64,000 bases of DNA from a virus: IMG/VR virus record IMGVR_UViG_3300035682_000005. The stretch is one strand, 5' to 3'. How positions within the stretch are numbered: position 1 is the stretch's first letter; the number at the start of each line of letters is the position of its first letter. Below the pieces are notes generated by a model. It worked only from the letters and a program-made list of their open reading frames with translations, did no database searches and had not been told where the DNA came from. A program made the translations under genes and the position numbers. Below are positions 1 to 9,814 of the stretch, one piece after another.

Positions 1-2
1 TA

Positions 3-899
3 TTGTTCTGTAAGAGAGTCAACATTCCGTTTGATGTGTATGGATTTACTGATTCGTATGCTGCCCGTAGAAATTTACCTGCACATCCAACTAACAATGG
101 TTCGTTGTACTTTGACCCACATTTTTGTCTCAGACAATACTTCAGTAGCAGAATGAGCGGACATGAATTTAACGCTGCCCTTCAGAACGTTATATGCATC
201 ATGCGACACTACTCTGGTCAGTTAATGAGTGGTCTTCCTTCAGAAGAAATATTGAACACAACTCCACTTGTGCCAACTATCATGACCGCAATACCTTTAG
301 TTCAGAAGTTCCGTAATGACTACAACCTTGATATTGTCAACACCATCTTCTTAACTGATGGTGAAGACACTCACGGACTGTTGTATCACTCTCAGACTGG
401 TGACTCAAAATATTTTGCTTGTGACCGCTACGGGTTCAATCGTATTACTGAAAAGTATTATGTTCGTGATGTTAAGACTCGCAAACAGTGGGAGATTAAG
501 AATACAACAAACGATATGTTAAACATTCTCCGTGAGACTGCCGGTGTAAAGACCATTGGGTTTCACATCATTCGTAAGAGAGATGTGTCACACGTTGTTG
601 GGCGATACACTAAGAATTCTAAAGAAGAACAAGAACATGTTGAGTGCTTCAAGAATAATAAGTTTGCTGAGATGACGAACATCCCCGGTTACGATGCGTA
701 CTATTTGATACCATCTGGCTCAAGTTTGAATGTTGGTGACGATGAGTTTGAAGGAACCGTTGATACTACTGTTGATTGGAATGATGAGAAACAGGCGAAG
801 AAAGCGATAAAAGTAGTTCAGAAAAATTTCAATAATTTCATGAAGCAAAAAGTAACAAGCCGTATCTTATTGAATCGATTCATTGAGCATATATCGTAA
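3..899 (+). CDS. VWA-domain (CobT-like) partner of MoxR ATPase, 5'-truncated
   Basis: TPL and IFLTDGE motifs of a VWA MIDAS; directly upstream of a MoxR AAA+ gene as in T4-like phages. Confidence 0.75.
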   Translation: MFCKRVNIPFDVYGFTDSYAARRNLPAHPTNNGSLYFDPHFCLRQYFSSRMSGHEFNAALQNVICIMRHYSGQLMSGLPSEEILNTTPLVPTIMTAIPLVQKFRNDYNLDIVNTIFLTDGEDTHGLLYHSQTGDSKYFACDRYGFNRITEKYYVRDVKTRKQWEIKNTTNDMLNILRETAGVKTIGFHIIRKRDVSHVVGRYTKNSKEEQEHVECFKNNKFAEMTNIPGYDAYYLIPSGSSLNVGDDEFEGTVDTTVDWNDEKQAKKAIKVVQKNFNNFMKQKVTSRILLNRFIEHIS

Positions 900-929
900 G
901 TTGTTGAAATCGCATAGGTGGAATAGTTG

Positions 930-959
930 TTGACTCTGCCATCCTGGATGTGATATAAT
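930..959 (+). promoter_or_regulatory. sigma70-type promoter
   Basis: TTGACT-18-TATAAT with extended TG. Confidence 0.7.
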
Positions 960-991
960 GAATCATATCGTGAATGTAGTATCGTTTAGGA

Positions 992-2251
992 ATGTTTATG
1001 AATACAAAAAACAACAAACAAGAATTCTTGAATGCGTTTGTATCTGAGTTTGGACGCTCGGCTGTAAGACGTTCTGAAGTCAAGAACTTTGCTAATCAGA
1101 AAGGATTTTTAAACCTTCGCTGGTTTATGTCCGACGACACATACAAGTGCTCCCGTGGCATGTACTGTGTGCCGTCTAGCCCGATGAATCAGGAGCTAGT
1201 TGATGCTCCGATGATGCAATCTGTTTCAACACCACTTGAATCCCTTGGTGTTGTTCACTCGTTTATTGGTGAACTTCCTCGTGAAAATCATATTCCAGAA
1301 GTTGATAAGCTATTCGTAAAGCATGGTGAATTTGATCTTGTCTCTCGCATTCTCGGATCAAAACTTTTCTATCCAATTTTCATTACTGGTCTCTCCGGCA
1401 ACGGTAAGACCTTCGGTGTAGAACAAGCCTGTGCCGCTCATCATCGTGAAATGTTCCGCGTCAACATCACAATTGAAACTGATGAGGACGACCTTCTCGG
1501 AGGTTTCCGTCTTGTGAATGATAGCACAAAGTGGTTCGATGGACCTGTAATTCGTGCTATGAAAAGCGGCGGTGTGTTACTACTTGATGAAGTTGACCTT
1601 GGTAGCAATAAACTCCTTTGCTTGCAACCTGTACTCGAAGGTAAGGGTATCTTGCTAAAGAAGATTAACCAATTCGTCAAGCCAGCTCCTGGTTTTACTA
1701 TCGTAGCCACTGCAAACACTAAAGGACAAGGATCTGAGACTGGCAAGTTCGTTGGTACTAACATTCTCAACGAAGCATTCCTTGAGCGATTTTGCGCCAC
1801 GTTTGAGCAGAAGTATCCAGAAGAGCGTGTGGAGAAGAGCATTCTCAAAAAGTTGTTCTCCTCTCATGGACTCAAGTCCGATGTCATCGAAGATTTTATT
1901 ACTAAACTTGTCACATGGGCATTTGGCACTCGTAAGACTTTTGAGACTGGCGGAACTTCCGATCTCATTAGTACACGCCGACTTGTACATATTGTGAATG
2001 CGTATGTAATCCTCGGACATCCAGCCGACGAGGCAGATCGCAAAACAATTGGCGAACGCCGTAAGCAAGCAATTGAGTTGTGTATTGCACGATTCGATGA
2101 AAGCACAAAGATCTCATTCATGAACTTCTATGAGAACATCGATCCATACTTAAACATGGACGATGGCTCAAAACCAGTTGAATCGAATGAGAGTGAGCAG
2201 TTGGAATCAAAAGAGCACGATATTCTTTCGATACTGACTAATCAATCATAA
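992..2251 (+). CDS. MoxR/CobS-like AAA+ ATPase
   Basis: Walker A GLSGNGKT, Walker B LLLDEVD, ATANT, AFLERF, STRRL. Confidence 0.9.
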   Translation: MFMNTKNNKQEFLNAFVSEFGRSAVRRSEVKNFANQKGFLNLRWFMSDDTYKCSRGMYCVPSSPMNQELVDAPMMQSVSTPLESLGVVHSFIGELPRENHIPEVDKLFVKHGEFDLVSRILGSKLFYPIFITGLSGNGKTFGVEQACAAHHREMFRVNITIETDEDDLLGGFRLVNDSTKWFDGPVIRAMKSGGVLLLDEVDLGSNKLLCLQPVLEGKGILLKKINQFVKPAPGFTIVATANTKGQGSETGKFVGTNILNEAFLERFCATFEQKYPEERVEKSILKKLFSSHGLKSDVIEDFITKLVTWAFGTRKTFETGGTSDLISTRRLVHIVNAYVILGHPADEADRKTIGERRKQAIELCIARFDESTKISFMNFYENIDPYLNMDDGSKPVESNESEQLESKEHDILSILTNQS

Positions 2252-2277
2252 TTGTTCCAGACAATACTACATTCCGT

Positions 2278-2311
2278 GCCCCGTTGCCAATTCTGGCAAC
2301 GGGGCTTTTTT
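2278..2311 (+). terminator. intrinsic terminator
   Basis: GCCCCGTTGCCA-attc-TGGCAACGGGGC followed by T run. Confidence 0.9.
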
Positions 2312-2419
2312 ATTTTTATTTTCTTGATGTGTCGATTGCGTTATGATATTGTATGTGAAAGTGGGATGACCACTTAATTGATAGAAGTACATTTGTACAA
2401 TTTGTTTATAAGGATAATT

Positions 2420-2680
2420 ATGTCAACTAGCACATCTCAAAGCGCAAAGCTCGTTCGTCGTCTTAGCACTGGAAAGAACCTTACGGTAACTGAAGCCCGT
2501 GGCAAGTATGGTATTGCTCGTCTCGCCGCGCGAATTCATGAGCTTCGTGAAGCTGGATTTCCTATCTATACGAATAAGGTTCGTGTTAAGGGTGGTTCTA
2601 ACAAGGGTCGTGTTGTAACTGCATATCGTCTTGCAGTAGATGCTACTCCAAAGTCGCTCTTCTCTTCGTTCACTGCGTAA
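2420..2680 (+). CDS. small winged helix-turn-helix DNA-binding protein
   Basis: LTVTEARGKYGIARLAARIHELREAG pattern; AGGA upstream of ATG 2420. Confidence 0.75.
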   Translation: MSTSTSQSAKLVRRLSTGKNLTVTEARGKYGIARLAARIHELREAGFPIYTNKVRVKGGSNKGRVVTAYRLAVDATPKSLFSSFTA

Positions 2681-2696
2681 TTAAAAATTGATAAGT

Positions 2697-2729
2697 GGCA
2701 GCCCTTCTGATATAGTTGGGCTGCCTTTT
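2697..2729 (+). terminator. intrinsic terminator
   Basis: GGCAGCCC...GGGCTGCC then TTTT. Confidence 0.65.
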
Positions 2730-2766
2730 CTTTTACACTCTATCAATTTTTTTGGAGCAATTTGTA

Positions 2767-3435
2767 ATGAAACTCTCTACTAACACAATCAAGATTCTCA
2801 GAAACTTTTCAGATATTAACAACACAATTTACATCCGCAAGGGTAGCACCATTATCACCGTTGACCCACAAAAGCGTATTGTAGCTGATGCAAGTATTAT
2901 CGAGTCTCTTCCTCGTGACTGTGCTCTTTACGATCTTAATCGTTTTCTTGGAGTTACCTCACTGTTTGATAGTCCTGATCTTGACTTTGCTTCTGATAAA
3001 GTTGTAGTGAAAAGTGATCATCGTTCTATTGATTTTATCTATGCTGATCCTTCAGTAGTACAAGATGCAGCACCAACTCGCGAAAAGATACCTTCCGTTT
3101 TTGATGATAAAACAATTGTTCATAAGTTCACTCTTACTGAGGCTGATTTGAAGAGCCTTAGACAAGCAGCATCACTTCTTGGACTTACACACGTATCGTT
3201 TGTGAGTGATGATTCTGGACTTAAAGTGGTCGCTCAAGATGTGTCGAACGAGTCCCTTGGTAAAGTGACCCTCAATGTCGAAGGCGAATGTGTTGCAAAA
3301 TCAACGTGCAATATGCTGTTTGAGAATCTTAAAGTTTTGCCTGATACGTATAGTGTGGAAGTAACACCTCGCGTAGCGCACTTTGTTGGTACAACTACTG
3401 GTGTTCAATACTGGATCGTAATGGAAGCACGATAA
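2767..3435 (+). CDS. 45: sliding clamp (T4 gp45-like)
   Basis: MKLSTNTIKILRNFSDIN N-terminus, YDLNRFL, YWIVME C-terminus; synteny with clamp loader. Confidence 0.92.
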   Translation: MKLSTNTIKILRNFSDINNTIYIRKGSTIITVDPQKRIVADASIIESLPRDCALYDLNRFLGVTSLFDSPDLDFASDKVVVKSDHRSIDFIYADPSVVQDAAPTREKIPSVFDDKTIVHKFTLTEADLKSLRQAASLLGLTHVSFVSDDSGLKVVAQDVSNESLGKVTLNVEGECVAKSTCNMLFENLKVLPDTYSVEVTPRVAHFVGTTTGVQYWIVMEAR

Positions 3436-3620
3436 TGAGCGCAGAGGTATTTCTTCTTAATCCAGAAGAATATGCGCGCCGGGCTATCGCAGCACTCGAA
3501 ACACAATTGAGTACTGCAATAAGCCCGAAACGCAAAATGAGACTTGAATCTCGCCTTGCACAGTGGAAAAAAACATTACAAATCTTTTGTGAAACAAATG
3601 ACCAAAAAGCGACCAGCTAA
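3435..3620 (+). CDS. hypothetical protein
   Basis: start overlaps gp45 stop (TAATG). Confidence 0.55.
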   Translation: MSAEVFLLNPEEYARRAIAALETQLSTAISPKRKMRLESRLAQWKKTLQIFCETNDQKATS

Positions 3621-3837
3621 AAAACCTGAATCTTCTCAAGCAGATCCTAATGAACAATTTCTTGTTCTTGGACATTTAATAAAGTATAATCTATACTTGC
3701 TCACAAAGTCTGTTGTGTTTTCTGCTATTACGACAAAGACCAATAATATAGACGAGGCTGTGAGCATGACTAATAAGGTTATGGACGAACTTGATCTCGA
3801 CACAAAGCGTAGAGCACAGCAGTCTCAAGATAGCTAA
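3598..3837 (+). CDS. hypothetical protein
   Basis: fills gap in operon; likely ATG at 3598. Confidence 0.5.
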   Translation: MTKKRPAKKPESSQADPNEQFLVLGHLIKYNLYLLTKSVVFSAITTKTNNIDEAVSMTNKVMDELDLDTKRRAQQSQDS

Positions 3838-3877
3838 CAACTGTCTCTTTATTTTTATATTATTTGTTGGGTGATTC

Positions 3878-4831
3878 ATGAGCGAAGTTTCGCAAGATCG
3901 TAAGCATATTGTGTGGATGGAAAAGTATCGACCACAAACAGTCGATGAGTGTATTCTACCACAAGGTCTAAAAGATACATTTAATGGTATTGTAAAGAGT
4001 GGTGAGCTGCCGCATATGTTGTTTGCTGGAACAGCAGGTGTTGGTAAAACTACTGTAGCAAAAGCCCTGTGCAACGCACTTGACTATGACCACATTTTAA
4101 TCAATGCATCTGATGATCGCAACATTGATACACTTAGAACAACTGTAAAACAGTTTGCATCTTCTGTATCATTCAACGGCAGACGCAAAGTGATTATTCT
4201 CGACGAAGCCGATTACTTGAACCCTCAGAGCTTTCAGCCAGCACTTCGTGGCGTGATGGAAGAGTTCTCGAAGAATTGTTCGTTCATTCTCACTTGCAAT
4301 TTTAAGAATAAGATTATTGAGCCTCTTCAGTCTCGCTGTTCTGTCAAAGAGTTTAGAATCACAAAGCAAGAAAAGAAGAACATCATCGAAGCGTGTTACA
4401 AACGCATTGTGAAGATTCTTGAGGCAGAAAAAGTTGAGTTTGATGGTAAAGCACTTGCTGCAATCGTGGTAAAGTATTTCCCAGACATGCGACGATTGTT
4501 AAACGAGTTGCAAACATTCAGCAAAGAACACGGCAAGATTGATGAAGGTATTCTGACATTTGCTGGTGATGTAAACGTATCTCGTTTGTATAAGTCACTC
4601 AAAGAGAAAGACTATGGACACGTGCGTGAGTGGGTTGTTGAGAATTGTGATAATGATCCAACAATTATCTATCGAAAGATATATGATCATCTCAAGCAGA
4701 ACATGAAGACATCTTCGATACCTCTAGCAATTGTGACGATTGCAAAGTACATGAATCAGCAAGTTGTTGACCAAGAGATCAATCTGATGGCCTGTCTTAT
4801 TGAACTTGGTATGACTTGTGAGTTTGTATGA
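3878..4831 (+). CDS. 44: clamp loader large subunit (gp44)
   Basis: WMEKYRP, GTAGVGKTT, LDEAD, LQSRC. Confidence 0.95.
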   Translation: MSEVSQDRKHIVWMEKYRPQTVDECILPQGLKDTFNGIVKSGELPHMLFAGTAGVGKTTVAKALCNALDYDHILINASDDRNIDTLRTTVKQFASSVSFNGRRKVIILDEADYLNPQSFQPALRGVMEEFSKNCSFILTCNFKNKIIEPLQSRCSVKEFRITKQEKKNIIEACYKRIVKILEAEKVEFDGKALAAIVVKYFPDMRRLLNELQTFSKEHGKIDEGILTFAGDVNVSRLYKSLKEKDYGHVREWVVENCDNDPTIIYRKIYDHLKQNMKTSSIPLAIVTIAKYMNQQVVDQEINLMACLIELGMTCEFV

Positions 4832-5241
4832 GCAATGACAATAAGAATTTATTGTTCGATTTCATAAACGATCTTTCTCAGAACAAGAAAGATTTCCTTA
4901 CAGAAGAAAATGATCGTGAGTATTCTGCATATATGATCAATCGTTTTTTGTCCATGGACATTACAACAATCATGTATGCAAATGAAATGAATTTAAACTC
5001 ACAATTGCCAAAACGAATGCAGTATGATTACTACTTACATTCGATTAAAAAGCAGAAGCGTTTTTTCAAATACATAAAGCATAAGCGACAAAATGACATT
5101 GATGTGATCAAAGAGTATCACGGATATAGTGAAGCACGAGCAAAAGAAGTTCTTCCTATTTTTACTGAAGATGACATTGCGTACATGAAAGAACGATTGA
5201 CAAAGGGGGGTGTCAAGAGTGGCAAACAAAAAACAAAATGA
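4828..5241 (+). CDS. 62: clamp loader small subunit (gp62)
   Basis: YMINRFLS..ANEMN..MQYDYY; follows gp44. Confidence 0.9.
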   Translation: MSNDNKNLLFDFINDLSQNKKDFLTEENDREYSAYMINRFLSMDITTIMYANEMNLNSQLPKRMQYDYYLHSIKKQKRFFKYIKHKRQNDIDVIKEYHGYSEARAKEVLPIFTEDDIAYMKERLTKGGVKSGKQKTK

Positions 5242-5416
5242 CCTTTCACTAGAAGAGTTGGTTCAACTTGCAGAGCAAATCTCGTTATTGATTGAAGATA
5301 ACAATCAGAACATAAAAGACTGTACAAAAGTGTTAAACAAAATTCAAAACAAGATTTGTCCAAAGAAACCATCTCTGTTGTCACGAGCAATTCAAAAATT
5401 GCTAAATAAAACCTGA
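5210..5416 (+). CDS. hypothetical protein
   Basis: short helical ORF between gp62 and regA. Confidence 0.4.
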   Translation: MSRVANKKQNDLSLEELVQLAEQISLLIEDNNQNIKDCTKVLNKIQNKICPKKPSLLSRAIQKLLNKT

Positions 5417-5448
5417 ACTGAGGTAACTAAAATTATTAGGTACAGGTA

Positions 5449-5904
5449 ATGACATCCGTGATTGATACATTAGTTGAAGTAACTTTGAACACTCCTGACG
5501 ATTTTTTAAAAGTCAAAGAGACTTTAACTCGCATTGGCGTTGCATCCAAAAAGGACAAAACACTCTATCAGTCTTGTCATATTCTCCACAAAAGAGATAA
5601 AATCACAAAGCAAAGTCGATATTACATAGTACACTTCAAAGAGTTGTTTAAGCTAGACGGAAAACCAACACAGATTACAGAAGATGATCTTGCTCGCCGC
5701 AACACTATTGCAAACATTTTGGCTGAGTGGAAGTTGGTTAATCTCGTAGACAAATCCAAGAGCGCATCGCCCGTTGCTTCCATATCCACAATTAAGATTG
5801 TTCCGCATAAAGAAAAAGTAGATTGGAAACTTGAAACAAAGTATAATATTGGTAGTGCTAAACGTAAAGAGCAAGTACCAACTCCAACAATCACAAAAGT
5901 GTAG
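5449..5904 (+). CDS. regA: translational repressor RegA
   Basis: DDFLKVKETLTRIGVAS, LYQSCHILHK, YYIVHFKELF. Confidence 0.95.
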   Translation: MTSVIDTLVEVTLNTPDDFLKVKETLTRIGVASKKDKTLYQSCHILHKRDKITKQSRYYIVHFKELFKLDGKPTQITEDDLARRNTIANILAEWKLVNLVDKSKSASPVASISTIKIVPHKEKVDWKLETKYNIGSAKRKEQVPTPTITKV

Positions 5905-5920
5905 TTAAGAAAATTTTGTT

Positions 5921-6463
5921 ATGTTGAACTTTTTTAAGTCTGGCACAGAGCTTGCCATCTTTAAAATTAATGAAGCTGCAATTACTCCTCAATACTCGAC
6001 AGAAGCATCTGCGTGTTTTGATATTCACGCATGTCTGCCACAATCTACACGAGTAAAAGCAAAAGTTAAAACAAATCCTCTTTCTCGTGACACTGATGCA
6101 ATACTGCCATCAAATTCTGATCTTACAATCACATTACCGCCTGGCGCTCGCGCACTTATACCAACAGGACTAAAGTTTCATATACCAAAGAATCACTCAC
6201 TTCGGTTACACCCTCGTTCAGGTCATGCATTCAAGAATGGCATTACATTAGTCAATTGTGAAGGCATCATTGATGAAGACTACGTTGATGAAGTGTTTGT
6301 TGCTGTGTACAACACATCGAATGAGCCATTTGTTATTAAACATGGTGATCGAATTTGCCAAGCAGAACTTGTCAAAGATATCAAAGTAAACATTTCAGAG
6401 TCTAAAGTTGAGCCAACCAAAAAAACAAGTCGCTCAGGTGGTTTTGGCTCAACTGGAGTATAG
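5921..6463 (+). CDS. dut: trimeric dUTPase
   Basis: ACFDI, PRSG, GIIDEDY, GDRICQ, RSGGFGSTG. Confidence 0.93.
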   Translation: MLNFFKSGTELAIFKINEAAITPQYSTEASACFDIHACLPQSTRVKAKVKTNPLSRDTDAILPSNSDLTITLPPGARALIPTGLKFHIPKNHSLRLHPRSGHAFKNGITLVNCEGIIDEDYVDEVFVAVYNTSNEPFVIKHGDRICQAELVKDIKVNISESKVEPTKKTSRSGGFGSTGV

Positions 6464-6465
6464 TC

Positions 6466-7167
6466 GTGCAGATTTTGTGTATATCTGATTTACATCAATG
6501 CCACGATTCTATCAAGTTGGTACCTTGCGATGTGCTTATTGTGGCAGGAGACATCTGCACTTCAGGTGATATTGTTCAAGTTGAAAAATTTGCCAATTGG
6601 CTCCAAAGAGAATCACACAACTTCGATAAAGCCATAATCATTGCTGGTAATCATGATTGGGTGTTCATGCGTATGCGTATTCTTGCATTAGAAGCTCTAC
6701 GCCGCGCTATAGGCGATAAACTCGTCTATCTTGAAGACTCATCGTGTGTGATTAATAATATTAAATTCTACGGGTCTCCTTGGCAACCAGAATTCAATGC
6801 TTGGGCATTCAACGCTCCACGTGGTGAAAAGCTACGTCAAATATGGAATGCAATTGATGATGATACTGATGTTTTGATTACACATGGTCCACCATTTGGT
6901 ATTGGCGACAGAGTGTATGGAAATAGCGTAGGCTGCTTCGAGCTTGCTCAACGAATTCGCCAGCTCAAGAATCTTTCACTTCATGTATTTGGACACGTTC
7001 ACGCAAGCAACGGCTCGTACATCAGTGAAGAGCACTCAGGTATTCAATTCTGTAACGCATCTCTTTTAAACGAACAGTATCAACCAGTGTATCCATCGTA
7101 CATGTACACGTTTCTTAACACTGGAATTTACAGAGTTAGTACCGCCACTCCAATTAAGCTGTTTTAG
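6466..7167 (+). CDS. calcineurin-like metallophosphoesterase
   Basis: SDLH, AGD, GNHD, THGPP, FGHVH. Confidence 0.9.
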   Translation: MQILCISDLHQCHDSIKLVPCDVLIVAGDICTSGDIVQVEKFANWLQRESHNFDKAIIIAGNHDWVFMRMRILALEALRRAIGDKLVYLEDSSCVINNIKFYGSPWQPEFNAWAFNAPRGEKLRQIWNAIDDDTDVLITHGPPFGIGDRVYGNSVGCFELAQRIRQLKNLSLHVFGHVHASNGSYISEEHSGIQFCNASLLNEQYQPVYPSYMYTFLNTGIYRVSTATPIKLF

Positions 7168-7435
7168 ATCATATTTTCGTTAAAACATACACCGTTGAGA
7201 CCTTCATTTGGTCCAAGTTTGGTCCAAGTTTGGTCCAAAATTAGACAACCTTGGACACTTAGACATGCTCTTGGTCATGTTAGTGTGAAAACGAGTATTG
7301 TGAGAACGTTGATTTGGTCCAAGTTTGGTCCAAGTTTGGTCCAAAATTAGAACCATTATGGAGTGTGATTGTGTTCTTGATCATATCAACGTGAAAACAA
7401 CTATTGTGCTGACTGTGATTTGGTCCAAAATGACC
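7165..7435. repeat. nested repeat array: 11-bp TTTGGTCCAAG units inside three degenerate 106-bp units
   Basis: ATTTGGTCCAA begins at 7206, 7312, 7418; triplicated at the first two; shared TCAT...AAAAC block at 7169, 7275, 7381. Confidence 0.9.
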
Positions 7436-7484
7436 GAAGTTATACGACACCAAACCTGAATTTTTTTTGAGCATACATAATAGT

Positions 7485-7931
7485 ATGAGTAGAAAAACCA
7501 GCGAAGGCGGAAAAAATTTGATCAAAGAGTTTGAGGGGTTTCGAGCCACAGCATACATTTGCCCTGCTGGTGTCGTCACTGTTGGGTATGGAACAACTCG
7601 TATACAAAGTAAATCAGTTCAGCTTGGAACAACTATTACTACAGACGAAGCAGACATGTTATTGGAAGAAGATCTAAAAACGTTTGAAGATGCAATCAAC
7701 CAGAATGTGCGTGGAGAAATATCTCAAAATCAGTTTGACGCTCTTGTTGCGTTCGTCTATAATGTAGGAGCAGGAAACTTTAAGAAGTCCACTTTGCTCA
7801 AGAAAATAAACGCTGGTGATTTTAATCAAGCAGCTGACGAGTTTCTTAAATGGAACAAAGCTGGTGGTAAAGTTTTGAAAGGTCTTACGAGAAGACGCAC
7901 TGCGGAACGTGAATTATTTTTAAGAGACTAA
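7485..7931 (+). CDS. endolysin, GH24 lysozyme
   Basis: IKEFEG..Y.CPAGV.TVGYG, QNQFDALVAFVYNVG, GLTRRR.AE. Confidence 0.93.
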   Translation: MSRKTSEGGKNLIKEFEGFRATAYICPAGVVTVGYGTTRIQSKSVQLGTTITTDEADMLLEEDLKTFEDAINQNVRGEISQNQFDALVAFVYNVGAGNFKKSTLLKKINAGDFNQAADEFLKWNKAGGKVLKGLTRRRTAERELFLRD

Positions 7932-7932
7932 T

Positions 7933-8238
7933 ATGAGCGTATTGATTACACGATTGATTACTGGTGAAGAAATTTTAGGCAGCATTACAGAATCATCTGA
8001 TGACACGTGCACAATTGATAACCCAGTACATATTGCTGCATCGCAGAACCCTAGCACAGGTAAGATAGACATTCACATGGCACCTTTTGTGCCCTTGTGT
8101 GTAGACAAATTGCTCACAATTAACCTCAAGAACGTTTTGTGCCAATATGAGCCAGTACTTGAGATCAAGAATAAGTACAGTACAATGTTTGGCAGTGGGA
8201 TTATCATTCCATCTAATACTGGAATTGCGGGCGTCTAA
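7933..8238 (+). CDS. conserved T4-like hypothetical protein (Sm-like fold suspected)
   Basis: RLITGEEILG start, Y..MFGSGII end; upstream of polymerase. Confidence 0.6.
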   Translation: MSVLITRLITGEEILGSITESSDDTCTIDNPVHIAASQNPSTGKIDIHMAPFVPLCVDKLLTINLKNVLCQYEPVLEIKNKYSTMFGSGIIIPSNTGIAGV

Positions 8239-8281
8239 TATTAAATTGACACTTGCGCAGTAATATGTCAATCTATAGTAC

Positions 8282-9748
8282 ATGACAACAGAACGTTTCT
8301 ACACGAATTGCACATGCATCGGCAACAACATTTTATATCGCGGCATTGAAGGTGGCAAACGAGTTTCAAAAAAGTTTACGTTCAAGCCAAAATTGTTTGT
8401 TCCAACGAACAAGCAAACAAAGTGGAAGACTCTCGATGGCAAGTTTGTTGATAAGATTGAGTTTCAAGATATCAATGATGCAAAAGAGTTCGTCCGCAAG
8501 TATGAAGGTGTAGACAACTTCGTGTACTACGGAAACACAAAGTATCAGTACGTTCATTTAGCTGATGCGTTTCCTCAAATGGTTGATTATGATTTCTCTC
8601 GCATTGTTATTGCCAATATAGATATTGAGGTAGCTTCCGAAGGCGGGTTTGCTCCACCTGAGAATCCGTTTGAAGAAGTGATAGCAATAACTGTTGAAAG
8701 CAATAACACATATGTTGTCTTTGGCTGCGGCGAGTTCACATCTTCAAAAGATAATGTCAAATACATTCGTTGTGAGAATGAAGCTGATCTTCTTCGACGT
8801 TTTATGGCGCATTGGGAACATCTTGCTCCAGACATTGTAACTGGCTGGAACGTTCAGTTCTACGATATACCGTACATGGTGAATAGAATCTCTCGTGTCT
8901 TTGGTGACAAAGAAGCAAAGAGAATGTCACCTTGGAAATATCTCTCAACTCGATCGGCAGCATACAAAGGTCGTATGCATCAAGTTGTTGAGCTTGTTGG
9001 CATCTCTACACTTGATTACATTGAAATGTACAGAAAGTATCAGCCTCGCCAAGAGAGTGAGAAGTTGAACTACATTGCATACGCAGAACTAGGTGAGAAG
9101 AAGATCTCATATGAAGAGTATGGTGACTTGCACACACTTTACAAGAGCAATTACCAAAAGTTTATCGAGTATAACATCAAAGACGTTGAACTTGTGCGCA
9201 AACTTGAAGAAAAGCTGAAACTCATTGAGATGGTTGTTGCACTTGCCTACGACGCCAGAGTGAATTATGTTGATACGTTTGCACAAGTGCGCATGTGGGA
9301 TACAATCATTTACAACCATCTCAAACATCAAAACATTGTGCTGCCACGATTAGTTCAAAATAACAAAAGTTCTGATTATGCTGGCGCGTATGTAAAAGAA
9401 GTTATTCCAGGTATGTATGAGTGGGTCGTCTCATTTGACTTAAACTCTCTGTATCCCAACTTGATTGCACAATTTAATATCTCACCTGAGTGTTTACTCA
9501 CAGACCAGTATCGCCATGTGACTGTTCAATCTCTTCTAGCAAAGCAAGTTGATACCAGCGATGTGAAGCAAAGTAATATTGGTCTTGCAGCCAACGGTCA
9601 TTGTTTTAGTAACGACAAGATTGGATTCTTGCCAGACATTCTCATGCGCATGTATGAAGACCGTAAGGTGTACAAAAACAAAATGTTGGTTGCTCAAAAA
9701 GAATTGGAGCGAGTAAAAGAAGAACTCCATCGTCGTGGATTGCAATAA
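8282..9748 (+). CDS. 43A: family B DNA polymerase, N-terminal half (gp43A: exonuclease, palm motif A, first fingers helix)
   Basis: DIEV, GWNVQFYD, YNIKDV, SFDLNSLYP; stops before motif B. Confidence 0.95.
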   Translation: MTTERFYTNCTCIGNNILYRGIEGGKRVSKKFTFKPKLFVPTNKQTKWKTLDGKFVDKIEFQDINDAKEFVRKYEGVDNFVYYGNTKYQYVHLADAFPQMVDYDFSRIVIANIDIEVASEGGFAPPENPFEEVIAITVESNNTYVVFGCGEFTSSKDNVKYIRCENEADLLRRFMAHWEHLAPDIVTGWNVQFYDIPYMVNRISRVFGDKEAKRMSPWKYLSTRSAAYKGRMHQVVELVGISTLDYIEMYRKYQPRQESEKLNYIAYAELGEKKISYEEYGDLHTLYKSNYQKFIEYNIKDVELVRKLEEKLKLIEMVVALAYDARVNYVDTFAQVRMWDTIIYNHLKHQNIVLPRLVQNNKSSDYAGAYVKEVIPGMYEWVVSFDLNSLYPNLIAQFNISPECLLTDQYRHVTVQSLLAKQVDTSDVKQSNIGLAANGHCFSNDKIGFLPDILMRMYEDRKVYKNKMLVAQKELERVKEELHRRGLQ

Positions 9749-9772
9749 AATAATCCAACTCCGATTATTTAA

Positions 9773-9801
9773 TTGATCCAATTTTTTTTGTTTGTTATAC
9801 T
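9773..9801 (+). promoter_or_regulatory. sigma70-type promoter of the inserted cassette
   Basis: TTGATC-17-TATACT with extended TG. Confidence 0.6.
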
Positions 9802-9814
9802 GTTTCTATAGGGT

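Noticed and set aside
3-2251. Cobalamin biosynthesis genes cobT/cobS feeding NrdJ
   Set aside because: This is the generic MoxR-VWA chaperone pair of T4-like phages; no cobN or other cob genes seen
7165-7435. Mini CRISPR array
   Set aside because: The 66-nt 'spacers' resemble each other, the repeat is internally tandem, and no cas genes are present
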